DNA of 64,000 bases from a virus. The notes beneath the pieces were generated by a model. It did not search any database. It worked only from the letters and a program-made list of their open reading frames with translations, and had not been told where the DNA came from. Below, piece after piece: positions 27,901 through 34,843 of this stretch. Both the position numbers and the translations under genes were made by a program. Positions within the stretch are counted from its first letter, which is position 1. Every line of letters begins with the position of its first letter. The stretch is from positions 40,150 to 104,149 of IMG/VR virus record IMGVR_UViG_3300045988_070924. One strand, written 5' to 3'.

Positions 27901-30197
27901 TTATAATAGGTGGTAATTTCATCAAGTACAGACTGTGCTGCTCCCTTAGTGTTAATGATTTGAGTCTGATATACCTTATTTCCTTTCTCATCCCTTTCCA
28001 CAGTTACAATACTATACTGCGTAAAGTCCTTTCTGAAATTCTGAAAGAATTGAGACCTGAAAGGTTCTTCCTTTATCTTATTGAGGATAGAGTTAAGCCA
28101 AGGATAAGAGTCCTTCATTCCATCAAGTATCTCCTCCATCTCCTCTATAGTTGTAGCAGTTCTGGTCCATTTAAGGATACTGTTTACAGCAACACCAGAG
28201 TCTACAAAAGTATCAAAGTTGAAACCAAACTTGTCCTTTATAGGATTTCCATTGGAGTCTATGGCAAAGAGTCTTTCAAATGACCTTCTTATATCACCAC
28301 TAAGACTTGACCTTGCTGATATGTTTCTTATACCAAGCTGCCAATACTCCCTTTCCTTCTCTTCAAGTTCACCAGCATCTATCTGTTCTTGAAAAGAGGT
28401 CTCAATATCCTCTCTACTTATTTCATCAGGTCTTGCAGCAACTACTGTAACACCTTCAAGAGTTATAAGTTTTGCATAGGCAGACTTCACAAGGGCTACC
28501 CAGTTGTCATAGGCTATCTGTAACTTGTCAAGAATATCAAAATCATCAATGTCAGTCCTATTGTCAGGATTATACCATCTTTCCTTTATATACTCAAATA
28601 TCCTTGTCACTCCAACAGTACTTATGATGTCTTCTCTTGACATCTTAGTAAAGTTGAACCTACTGAATTGGTCTCCAAAATAGAACTGATTAGCCTCAGG
28701 ATTTGTCTGTAAGTGAGTAACAATAAATGAAGTAAGACTCATTACATTGTTGGCAAGGAATGTTCTCTCAGTAGCTGAAAGCAGAGGGTTTCCATAGAGG
28801 TTACCTCTCTGGCTATCTACTTCATTCTGTGAGAACTCAGTATTTTCTGGCTCTCTGGTTTCCTCTCTCATTGATTCTACCTCATTTTCAGTCATACCTT
28901 CAAAGAGGATATTCATACTTACAGGCTCTACTGGAACAAGCACCTGATTATCAAGACTGTTTCCAGTAAAATCCAAATGAGGTGCATAGTAGTCTTCAGT
29001 CTCCTGAATAGGAACATTATTAAGATATAACTGACCATCAGTTGCTGAATAGATGGAGTCAGCATTAGGTTGTGGATAACCTACCCTAAACTGAATAAGT
29101 TTGAGCTCCTTTATCTTGCCTCTCAGTTCTGGATAATTAGCCTCAAGAATAGCCTTATAGAGGGTTAGCTGTTTTGCATATCCAGCAACCCTGTCCTCAT
29201 TGAAACCACTTCTTGAAGTCTTCATATCATAGATATAGAAGTTACCTTCATTATCATAGATAAGCATATCCATAGTTCCCGCCATTACACCTTCCTTAAG
29301 TTTTCCATCTTTGTCAGTGTATGTGTACTTTGAGGCTATTGGGAACTCTTCAGTCACTACTGTATATTTGTCCTTTCCAAACTTCTTGTCAAAGAAATTC
29401 CTAAGACTCTTCAAGTCATGCTTGAGAAAAGAAAGGTCCTTATCTGACAAGTTTGGATATTCATCTTTCAGTTCACCTTTGAAGAAGTCTCTTGTGACAC
29501 TGTCTGCTGTTATACCTATGGCAGAGGCTGCTACCCCCCATTGACCAAGGTCTTCCTTACCATGTATGAACTGTGTCACACTGGTATCAGCCTTCTTCCC
29601 ATCTACTGTATAGGAATGGTCTTCTGGGTTGAACTTGATATGCTCTCTTGAATCTGCTATCATCCTATCTACAAGTTCTTTAGCAGATTGCATATTATTA
29701 TTTTCTTCTTCAAACACAGGAGCTTCTTCTACAGCTTCTGACTTAGTATTAGTAGAATTAAGAATATCAGCAGTAGTTTCTATGGTAGTTTTATTCTCAG
29801 AAGAATTGTCCCTATTAAATATAGGTTCAGCTGCCCTCACTGTATACTCTCCAGTAGGGGTTTCATATATAATGACATTCTCTTCTCCAAACCTCTCTAC
29901 AAGTTTAGAGTAGATGTCCTTCATCTTCCCTTCATCAGAGGAACTATAAGCTGGGTTCAGAGCTTCCCAGACTTTATGGGCTCTGTTGTATTCACTTTTA
30001 GAAGTGAATACATTATTACTTCTAAGCTTGAAGTAAGAATCCATATGATTAATGAAGTCCTGAGATGTAGAGTCATAGGTCTCAAGACCATTTTTATCCA
30101 TATAGATTTTGATAGCATTTTCTACAGTTCCTGATGTAGCATTATACTTAGAGGTCAACTTCTTGAAGTTGCCATCTTTCGTGTTTACACAAGCCAT
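21999..30197 (-). CDS. virion-packaged RNA polymerase-type giant protein (2732 aa) with an N-terminal PD-(D/E)XK nuclease-like domain
   Basis: SGSDFDIDK (DFDID encoded at 24549-24563) matches the DxDxD metal-binding signature described for crAss-like virion RNAPs. Residues ~190-350 (nt ~29148-29630) read H-x-Y...SVT, GTMDMLIYD, YIYDMKTS and YAKQLTLY, a RecB/Cas4-type motif set. Confidence 0.75.
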   Translation of the reverse strand: MACVNTKDGNFKKLTSKYNATSGTVENAIKIYMDKNGLETYDSTSQDFINHMDSYFKLRSNNVFTSKSEYNRAHKVWEALNPAYSSSDEGKMKDIYSKLVERFGEENVIIYETPTGEYTVRAAEPIFNRDNSSENKTTIETTADILNSTNTKSEAVEEAPVFEEENNNMQSAKELVDRMIADSREHIKFNPEDHSYTVDGKKADTSVTQFIHGKEDLGQWGVAASAIGITADSVTRDFFKGELKDEYPNLSDKDLSFLKHDLKSLRNFFDKKFGKDKYTVVTEEFPIASKYTYTDKDGKLKEGVMAGTMDMLIYDNEGNFYIYDMKTSRSGFNEDRVAGYAKQLTLYKAILEANYPELRGKIKELKLIQFRVGYPQPNADSIYSATDGQLYLNNVPIQETEDYYAPHLDFTGNSLDNQVLVPVEPVSMNILFEGMTENEVESMREETREPENTEFSQNEVDSQRGNLYGNPLLSATERTFLANNVMSLTSFIVTHLQTNPEANQFYFGDQFSRFNFTKMSREDIISTVGVTRIFEYIKERWYNPDNRTDIDDFDILDKLQIAYDNWVALVKSAYAKLITLEGVTVVAARPDEISREDIETSFQEQIDAGELEEKEREYWQLGIRNISARSSLSGDIRRSFERLFAIDSNGNPIKDKFGFNFDTFVDSGVAVNSILKWTRTATTIEEMEEILDGMKDSYPWLNSILNKIKEEPFRSQFFQNFRKDFTQYSIVTVERDEKGNKVYQTQIINTKGAAQSVLDEITTYYNSGLMQNIIITADGIEGKGRVNVKNVEALKAEKDKIVSDLKGAFTAVRKEVYNNTLKNSVPKITKLLNELGIRVDTKTVSNTIVDKGRPKDINNSPVMKLLSEMSYMFDTLLSKKDSISYNPLLKGEEKNIYGNYKSIVGLMSRYIQDSIESSSYENGKMHYSFVTPSYMGKLILNLKDAIGNPSKFNSFMEENYGSYRWFREEDGTWNNAWLELISESKDARQGLEHKVQLSFDGTPYTDLSELGYTLSLMSEYFYDKGSRGKGPQWAWYRVPMLSNKPSSEFIRFKRYSGSEYKRRIKRGLKMVLNQEVLRFRAVLERSVNANIEPISNFDISSKVLKKNPQIEAKMRAGEPLTHDDLVKNGKLVTYSSGASFKFLDAFNQNIVEGDELGMMLIDKINGVSVNEDSFDKLVNQNLDSYMDIIVSKEISQWEKIGLFDTEEVRRGEDVETRYKYIPNLTRSYSTIKKELFGKERRLSKEQKSEIMQVMESEAKANLEEYVWNDMFATINIIQLTATDLAYYKNVEDFQKRYAQVHSPAMRLNITARDSKGRLYSADGMERTMYITDYEAESDIIPNVEEIFDQKISSISDPFEKANMRMMKDLIIDSFRKINVADAQGYSSPTSYRKKMGMMGKWSDEMEEAYNRIKRGDFNVNDLGIVWQPLKPFVYSQIRKPGGSDALSELKVPVQNKNSEYLLLLADALMRGGKKQSKLAAIFDFMEESAYDGRETKFNPKTNTYEVIKEGTYNGKGIDTVQFESSVKSGKSGVVNINKVESYEEIKSILNEATYINSDRTASSDNNNDRYNVNYIHTIPFEDYGIQQEVPAHLVDHEQLMGSQMRILSISDITPGTEFQIGDENLKSDELISEYQNLIKENIEQSFEKLCKDFKVRGTRLERNRALEKILQEAIEKDQRYGADIQRACSLDKNGEFIIPLSDPIQSIRIQQLLNSIIKSRINKQKVTGGPVVQASVFGMSDDLSIRFKDKDGNLIETYSEFVEKRGLSKDESSAAEYKKFIDDKQASVAHFECYMPIPSSELEEALTRHDKDGHSYIISMEEAVKEGIIPEEMRKAIGYRIPTEDKYSMAPLYIKGFLPKAAGEAVMLPKEITLLSGSDFDIDKLYVMLKTFTLKKRTDWGQLKRDFLATKKVKGEERKKLKDNLDMTAQQIQFGQEFSEGSFEMEVYDYYYDHRDRYSRTSFELSNGGTDRRNNRIFDLQWAVLTNPDTMSKMFNPGSFDVQKRTARIVRILQETKGHTYQELSKLNLDQLDEILDSSTDRNIIYSTSQVYFHKQNMTAGKLIGVFANNNTSHAFISMQDIHLNLGDDLKFTFDGYKVDAVQNNKLDDLKGKNGSLISKTIAGFLAASVDAVKDPVLNFMNLNTFTSGPAMVLARLGFDSDSIGLLLSQPIIRRVTNEYFRRNNEGYISAEDLIDKFLEQDKNAKGYEKTLTLTNFSKEELAQGISLNSDKGDFQTRALILFKRLSKISQDLGTLTFLTKFNSVTNAVGPTIADTLVMKQRYKKFLDKFEDSNAIFSDNAKDVIQNSPILDAFYTTTVSDTGASQLIFQGYFPQYSDKFNQVLGKFRETTKANVDSKTINSLVSDFVLYKLTGGPNPVLNSDGKVREEFIHDFIVEFKEKAAGIVDNELIKIITIKPSTGKCPVPTLEAKTGGYTQDVQERVRDAWTNLITNESTRDLGVKLFFYNMYRTGLSFSPKTFLHLASTDVKLAIPGYVESIRDVNYNDSFDVNDFLLQYRRNHTDNFRVVPHITQRKGIASSITEDGAGNRKITFTFASDSASSQFIVKKVKRGSGKVSTKETVAVPVILYNDKVYFNPEINSDGSITYTETTTLGNTNNFLEYDMNESGSEIRTSIQRTSEEDVHEKEVQDSPAREVPEDDGEAEVVELSETDVENILSEVFDEDELNNLMTSLVKGQSKKVDKYKSMIEEHIDSETASKVMKKMIDIVKGIC

Positions 30198-30224
30198 ATA
30201 TTTGTACTAATTTAGATTTAAGGA

Positions 30225-30232
30225 CAAAGATA
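30225..30232 (-). promoter_or_regulatory. candidate Bacteroidota -7 promoter element (TATCTTTG on the minus strand)
   Basis: The forward strand reads CAAAGATA, 27 nt upstream of the vRNAP ATG (30197) and directly downstream of a terminator. Confidence 0.4.
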
Positions 30233-30305
30233 AGTATTTAATTTCAATTAACCAAGTTATTAAGTATTAATCTGTATACTCTCTAATTTGATTACTAATT
30301 ATGGT

Positions 30306-30340
30306 ATAAAAAAATAAGGGAGATATTGCTATCTCCCTTA
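30306..30340 (-). terminator. rho-independent terminator (minus strand)
   Basis: TAAGGGAGATA (30315-30325) pairs with TATCTCCCTTA (30330-30340) across a 4-nt loop. A U7 tract follows on the minus strand (forward A-run 30308-30314). Confidence 0.8.
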
Positions 30341-30384
30341 GAAAATCTCTTAATATTTCAAAAAGAGATAGTAATAGCAGAGAT

Positions 30385-31011
30385 TTACTCTACAACATAC
30401 TTCACTCCATTGTAGATAAGCTGAGAGATTGTATTGATGTTCACCAATCTTTCACCTGTTTCTTTCTCAGTTCTCTCAATATCCATGTCCATACATTTGT
30501 ATTTACCATCTCTTGAGACAAACTGCATCTTATAGCCTCTCAGTACTCTATCCTCACCTTCAATATAGTCCTTTACAGGATTATCCTGAATGAGTTCAAG
30601 AGCTTCTTTATAGGCTACAGCCATAGATTTCTTCTGCTTCTTAGCCTTATCAATCAGGGCAATAGCTTCAGCTCTCTGAGCCTCTCTTTCAGCTTCAAAC
30701 TGTTTCTTAGTCTTGGCTTTATCCTGTTTCTTGAAGACTACAGTGAATACCTCAGAAGACTTGATACCCTCAAAGATAGTTCTTATGCCCGGAGTACCAT
30801 CTTTCTTATCTTCCTTAGTAACCTTTACTTCTTTTTCATACTGGTCAGAAGTATTGAGCATATTATGAACATACTCATTGCTAAGACTAACAGTCTTACC
30901 ACTCTCAAGATGTTCAAATACAACACTATCTTTCTTTACTTCTTTTACAATGTAATGGGACTCTTCTGAGAAGATGTCACCAACTTCAATTTCTGTAAGA
31001 TTTACTTTCAT
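30385..31011 (-). CDS. hypothetical protein (208 aa) with a central K/E/A-rich helix
   Basis: Intact ORF followed by a terminator. No motif recognised. Confidence 0.55.
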   Translation of the reverse strand: MKVNLTEIEVGDIFSEESHYIVKEVKKDSVVFEHLESGKTVSLSNEYVHNMLNTSDQYEKEVKVTKEDKKDGTPGIRTIFEGIKSSEVFTVVFKKQDKAKTKKQFEAEREAQRAEAIALIDKAKKQKKSMAVAYKEALELIQDNPVKDYIEGEDRVLRGYKMQFVSRDGKYKCMDMDIERTEKETGERLVNINTISQLIYNGVKYVVE

Positions 31012-31020
31012 GTTCTTTTA

Positions 31021-31782
31021 TTATTTAGATATTACTTCTTTTGAATAAGCTTCATAAACAGCAGTCATCTCAGCATCTCCACTTGCTTCAAAGCTATCCA
31101 TAGTAGCTTTATAAATACCTATTGTCTTTTCTCCTCCTCTTGCCAATGCAGCAGCCTCAACAAGCTGTGAAGTCTTTGAGCTTGTACTAAATGGAGCACT
31201 TACACCATTAGTAATGCTTGAAAGTGTTTTATACCACCTAGTTCCATTTATAGTCAATGTATCAAATTTAATTCCTTTCTCAGCAGCTTTCTGAGCTTCC
31301 TTTCTCCAATCAATTTGATTATTAACTACTCTATCCCTGTAGCTATATCCTACCTTATGTGGTTCTGCATCTGCAATGAGAAGAACTGCTTTGGTAGAAC
31401 CCTCTCTCCAATTAGTCTCTTCAACTATCTTCTTGATAACAAGTTCATAGAACTCATCACTGTCACCTCCACTTGTATCCTGTGCATTAGTGATAAACTC
31501 TATAAGTTTATTTTCATCATCAGTAAGTTCACATACTTGATATGCCCAACCAAATTTATCTTTGCTTGACATATCACAATAGTCACCAAAAGCCACTATT
31601 CCTATCCTCAAATCAGGATTCTGTTTGAAGAGTTTAGGAATCAGTTCCTTCACATGTTCCTTGACTGCATCAATGTAACTTGCCATTGAGCCAGTAGTAT
31701 CAAATGCAATCACCATGTCAAGCCTGCCATCTGATGTAGTAGTGCTTTCCTTTACCTTGGGTTTAACTAATCCTGTTCTCAT
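31021..31782 (-). CDS. von Willebrand factor A (vWA) domain protein
   Basis: MIDAS-type motif in VIAFDTTGSM. Downstream segments IGIVAFGDYCD, GGDSDE and LLIADAEPH fit a vWA fold. It is a paralogue of 59254..60114. Confidence 0.7.
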   Translation of the reverse strand: MRTGLVKPKVKESTTTSDGRLDMVIAFDTTGSMASYIDAVKEHVKELIPKLFKQNPDLRIGIVAFGDYCDMSSKDKFGWAYQVCELTDDENKLIEFITNAQDTSGGDSDEFYELVIKKIVEETNWREGSTKAVLLIADAEPHKVGYSYRDRVVNNQIDWRKEAQKAAEKGIKFDTLTINGTRWYKTLSSITNGVSAPFSTSSKTSQLVEAAALARGGEKTIGIYKATMDSFEASGDAEMTAVYEAYSKEVISK

Positions 31783-32009
31783 TTAATAAACTTTTCTAAG
31801 TTGGACATAAATCTCTTAGTCTCTTCTTGAGTAATACTAATCTCCTTTATTTGAGCATTAATAGACTCAATCTGAGACTGCTTTGTTTCAATTTCTTTCT
31901 GCATCTCCTCATTCAATGCAGATGCCTGGTTGTGTGCAGTCTGAAACATAGCTTTTACATTGCTGAGTCTCTCTGCAAATGTAGCCTTACCATTACTAAA
32001 AATTGCCAT
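31779..32009 (-). CDS. small coiled-coil protein (76 aa)
   Basis: Intact ORF that overlaps the next gene by 4 nt. It has heptad-like Q/E/K-rich sequence. Confidence 0.5.
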   Translation of the reverse strand: MAIFSNGKATFAERLSNVKAMFQTAHNQASALNEEMQKEIETKQSQIESINAQIKEISITQEETKRFMSNLEKFIK

Positions 32010-32033
32010 ATTCTTTTTTTTAATTGTTTATCA

Positions 32034-32058
32034 CAAAAAAAGCAGGAATTACTCCTGC
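32034..32058 (-). terminator. terminator-like hairpin overlapping the stop of the ThyX-like gene
   Basis: AGCAGGA (32040-32046) pairs with TCCTGCT (32052-32058) across a 5-nt loop, followed by U7 on the minus strand. Confidence 0.55.
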
Positions 32059-32627
32059 TCATAATCTGTGTTTCTGTATTTCTGCAAATCCTCTTCAAAT
32101 TTCTTAGTTTTAGAATACCCACAAGGGTTCATAAACTCAGGACAGAATCCTCTATACAGACATTCAGGAACACATTTGTCAGCTAATACTGGGTCTACCT
32201 CTCTGATAGCCTCTACTACTTGTTTCCATGCCTCTCTGGTTTCTTTAGAAGCACAAGAACACAGTCTCTTTCTTGATATATTTATAATAGCTTGAGCATT
32301 AGCTGTCATATCCATATCATTAAGAGCACCTTGAGGTAATTCATTTCTTGGAACAGGTAGTACTCTCCTATCTCCTCTTTGGCTATGGACAAACTTCTCA
32401 CAGCCTTCATGGTGTCTTACAAGGTGAGTAGTAACCCACTGCATGATGTCCTTCCATGTCCAATCAAATTCTACTAGCCTAATTGGACTATGCTCAGCAA
32501 GGAGCATCTTTGCTTCCCAAGACTTTGAAGGCTCTTTGGCTAATGGTGCTTTACCAATAGTCCTTCTTGCAGCATTCAAAGCTCTCTTCCAACTTGTTAC
32601 TTGGTCTAATCTAACAATTTCACTCAT
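32049..32627 (-). CDS. divergent ThyX-like (flavin-dependent thymidylate synthase fold) protein with a Cys-rich C-terminus
   Basis: AEHSPIRLVEFDWTWKDIMQWVTTHLVRHHEGCEKFVHSQRGD parallels the ThyX core (HGSPLEH..F.F...SR...HQLVRHR........SQRY). The canonical RHR and SQRY read RHH and SQRG here. Confidence 0.5.
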   Translation of the reverse strand: MSEIVRLDQVTSWKRALNAARRTIGKAPLAKEPSKSWEAKMLLAEHSPIRLVEFDWTWKDIMQWVTTHLVRHHEGCEKFVHSQRGDRRVLPVPRNELPQGALNDMDMTANAQAIINISRKRLCSCASKETREAWKQVVEAIREVDPVLADKCVPECLYRGFCPEFMNPCGYSKTKKFEEDLQKYRNTDYEQE

Positions 32628-32689
32628 ATATAAACTTTGTTAAATCTGTTCATTTGCCTCATTGAAGTAGAACATAGACTTAATTAATT

Positions 32690-32697
32690 CAAAGTTA
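32690..32697 (-). promoter_or_regulatory. candidate -7 promoter element (TAACTTTG on the minus strand)
   Basis: The forward strand reads CAAAGTTA in the 80-nt gap upstream of the ThyX-like ATG (32627). Confidence 0.3.
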
Positions 32698-32707
32698 TCA
32701 ATCATAA

Positions 32708-32983
32708 TTACACTTTTTCTAATGTGTATGAAAACCTTTCAGCATAGGTTTCTCCTGTATTCTCATGAATCCAAGTCTTGCCTGTAGAATATCCACAATA
32801 GCTCTTTTCATTGCCTTTATGGTAGTCTCTCCAAATATCTTTTTTACCTCTTAACTTATTTTCAATATAGTTTTTAGCTTCTTTTCTTGTTTTGAAAGTG
32901 GTAGCATTAATTACTACCTCTTCAGCCTCTAAGTCTCCTTTTCTATAAGTAGGTCTACAATGCCACTCTTTAACTGTATACAT
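32708..32983 (-). CDS. hypothetical protein (91 aa)
   Basis: Intact ORF on the dominant strand. No motif recognised. Confidence 0.5.
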   Translation of the reverse strand: MYTVKEWHCRPTYRKGDLEAEEVVINATTFKTRKEAKNYIENKLRGKKDIWRDYHKGNEKSYCGYSTGKTWIHENTGETYAERFSYTLEKV

Positions 32984-33006
32984 AATTTTATCTTTCCATT
33001 AATTAC

Positions 33007-33690
33007 TTAAACTTCCGGTTTATTCTCCTTAAACTCTATGTTACCATCTTCAACAATGATATAATACTTAGGCATCATATCATTGAACCATACCTTATCC
33101 CTATTCACAGGAACTTTCATCTGAGTATGTCCTACTACCTGCCTGTATCCATCAATAGGATATTTCAGAAGGGATACAGGTCTAATCCAGATAGGACTCT
33201 GTGAAGGTGTATCTCCAAATGGATTGTACCCAGTAAGTTCATTGAAGTTGAACTTATCAAGAGGAACATTCTCCCAAGTAATATCCTGAGGATGTGCTAA
33301 TTGGGCTACCTCTTTGAGCCAATATGAAGACACTCCTGCATGAGAGAAGATAATGTCATCATGAATATACACAGGTTTAAGCCAACCTTTATCCTTAGCT
33401 TCCTTAAGTACTTCTTCATAAATAAGTTGATTTTGCCATTTATAACCACTGCATCTTTCCTTGTTAAGATAGGAATGGTCATGATTTCCATAGAGAAGTT
33501 CTACCTTATCAGGGTGAGTAGCCTTCATTGCAAGTATCTTCTTGAAGTTAGCAACTTGCTCTGTTCCAGGAGTATTCTTATAATTGTCAAAGTAATCTCC
33601 AAGGAAGACTACTTTATCCCAATCCTCCTTGAGGACTACTTTCTCCCAGCCATTGTGACCATGTATGTCACCTATAACCAATATTCTCAT
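33007..33690 (-). CDS. calcineurin-like metallophosphoesterase (Ser/Thr phosphatase / ApaH-like)
   Basis: The motifs GDIHGH, GDYFDN, GNHD and a later GH (VVGHT) appear in the canonical order. Confidence 0.85.
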   Translation of the reverse strand: MRILVIGDIHGHNGWEKVVLKEDWDKVVFLGDYFDNYKNTPGTEQVANFKKILAMKATHPDKVELLYGNHDHSYLNKERCSGYKWQNQLIYEEVLKEAKDKGWLKPVYIHDDIIFSHAGVSSYWLKEVAQLAHPQDITWENVPLDKFNFNELTGYNPFGDTPSQSPIWIRPVSLLKYPIDGYRQVVGHTQMKVPVNRDKVWFNDMMPKYYIIVEDGNIEFKENKPEV

Positions 33691-33764
33691 TTCTTCTTAA
33701 AAACTTTGTTAAACAAAGAGGCAACATACATAGTGAGCATCTGATATGAAATAAACTGTTGCCA

Positions 33765-34028
33765 TTACTCTTCTACCACTTCAAATTCATCCTCATACCA
33801 GCCATTGTCAGAAAGTGCCTTTACATCATCATAGACCTCATCCTGTGCAGCATTGTAGAGGTCAGGAGTGTCATAATGCTCATTAAGTTTGACCCTTATA
33901 GTCTTATGATATGTGATGCTTACTGTAACATCTACAAAGACGTCCTTTTCTTTCCAGGGAGCTCTTGGGTCCTGGTCAGCTCCCAATGGGTATCCCCCAT
34001 CACTTCTTATGCCATAAATTCTACTCAT
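33765..34028 (-). CDS. hypothetical acidic protein (87 aa)
   Basis: Intact ORF that overlaps the HNH gene end by 8 nt. Confidence 0.5.
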   Translation of the reverse strand: MSRIYGIRSDGGYPLGADQDPRAPWKEKDVFVDVTVSITYHKTIRVKLNEHYDTPDLYNAAQDEVYDDVKALSDNGWYEDEFEVVEE

Positions 34029-34596
34029 ATTTATATCTCCAAATAAATCCTCCAGCTTGCTTTGTCTGTACCCATTTATTCCTACTTTTCATAAAGAATC
34101 CCCCACAACAGCATCTTAATATATTCACATTGGGAATTTTTAATTGTCTTTCAGCTTCTCTTGCTGAAGACCATTCTTTTATGATATGTCCATTTAAATC
34201 ATATTGAACAATGGGGATAGATTGAGACTCTGCAATTCTTTTTGGATGGTTTCCATAATTAGTGTTGTATTTATTATCACACCATTCTAAGTTATTTACA
34301 CTATTATTTCTAGGATTTTCATCTATATGATTAATCTGAGGATAATTATTAGGGTTACTTAAAAAAGCTTTAGCAACAATCCTATGCAAGAGGTGTATTT
34401 TTATCCTACCCTCTTTAGAAAGAGTAATCCTTATGTATCCCTTCTTATCAGGGAAAGTTTTTAATATTTTTTCATTCTGGATTCTATATGTAGATAGACC
34501 TGGATTATACACTCTCCTACATACACTTTTAACCCTTCCTAAAGAGGATACTTGATACAATCCTTCATAACCAATAACATCTTTCCAAATTTCCAT
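34021..34596 (-). CDS. free-standing HNH homing endonuclease (NUMOD4 N-terminus, HNH core, C-terminal helix-turn-helix)
   Basis: Contains WKDVIGYEGLYQVSSLGRVKS and NHIDENPRNNSVNNLEWC. The start was moved to the ATG at 34596 (MEIWKD), which sits behind an A-rich leader and a promoter box. Confidence 0.85.
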   Translation of the reverse strand: MEIWKDVIGYEGLYQVSSLGRVKSVCRRVYNPGLSTYRIQNEKILKTFPDKKGYIRITLSKEGRIKIHLLHRIVAKAFLSNPNNYPQINHIDENPRNNSVNNLEWCDNKYNTNYGNHPKRIAESQSIPIVQYDLNGHIIKEWSSAREAERQLKIPNVNILRCCCGGFFMKSRNKWVQTKQAGGFIWRYKYE

Positions 34597-34605
34597 TTTT
34601 TTTTG

Positions 34606-34613
34606 CAAATATA
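34606..34613 (-). promoter_or_regulatory. candidate -7 promoter element (TATATTTG) for the HNH gene
   Basis: The forward strand reads CAAATATA, 9 nt upstream of the ATG at 34596. Confidence 0.4.
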
Positions 34614-34654
34614 ATAACAATATTTCACTTATGCAAATGCTATAACAGAAAAAG

Positions 34655-34843
34655 TTACAAAGTTATATCTAAATTGTATTCACGGATGAGTCTTCTTGCA
34701 ATGACACACTCAAGTTTCTGAGGTACAGATATATGCCTCCCTCCCTCACTTACATAGATATGATGGTCCCCATTATGTCTACTGTAAGTATATCCATTCT
34801 TTCTAAGCATCCTTAGAAACTCTCTTGATGTCCACTGTTTCAT
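34655..34843 (-). CDS. hicA: HicA-like (YcfA family) small RNA-binding / mRNA interferase-type protein
   Basis: REFLRMLRKNGYTYSRHNGDHHIYVSEGGRHISVPQKLE..ARRLIRE follows the HicA pattern (G-W...GSH-h....g..h.hP.H....l....l). Its start overlaps the RNA ligase stop by 4 nt. Confidence 0.7.
   Translation of the reverse strand: MKQWTSREFLRMLRKNGYTYSRHNGDHHIYVSEGGRHISVPQKLECVIARRLIREYNLDITL

Noticed and set aside
34621-34654. A HicB antitoxin next to the HicA-like gene.
   Set aside because: The gap downstream is only 34 nt, and the upstream overlapping gene is clearly an RNA ligase. No small ORF with an RHH or HTH character is present on either side.
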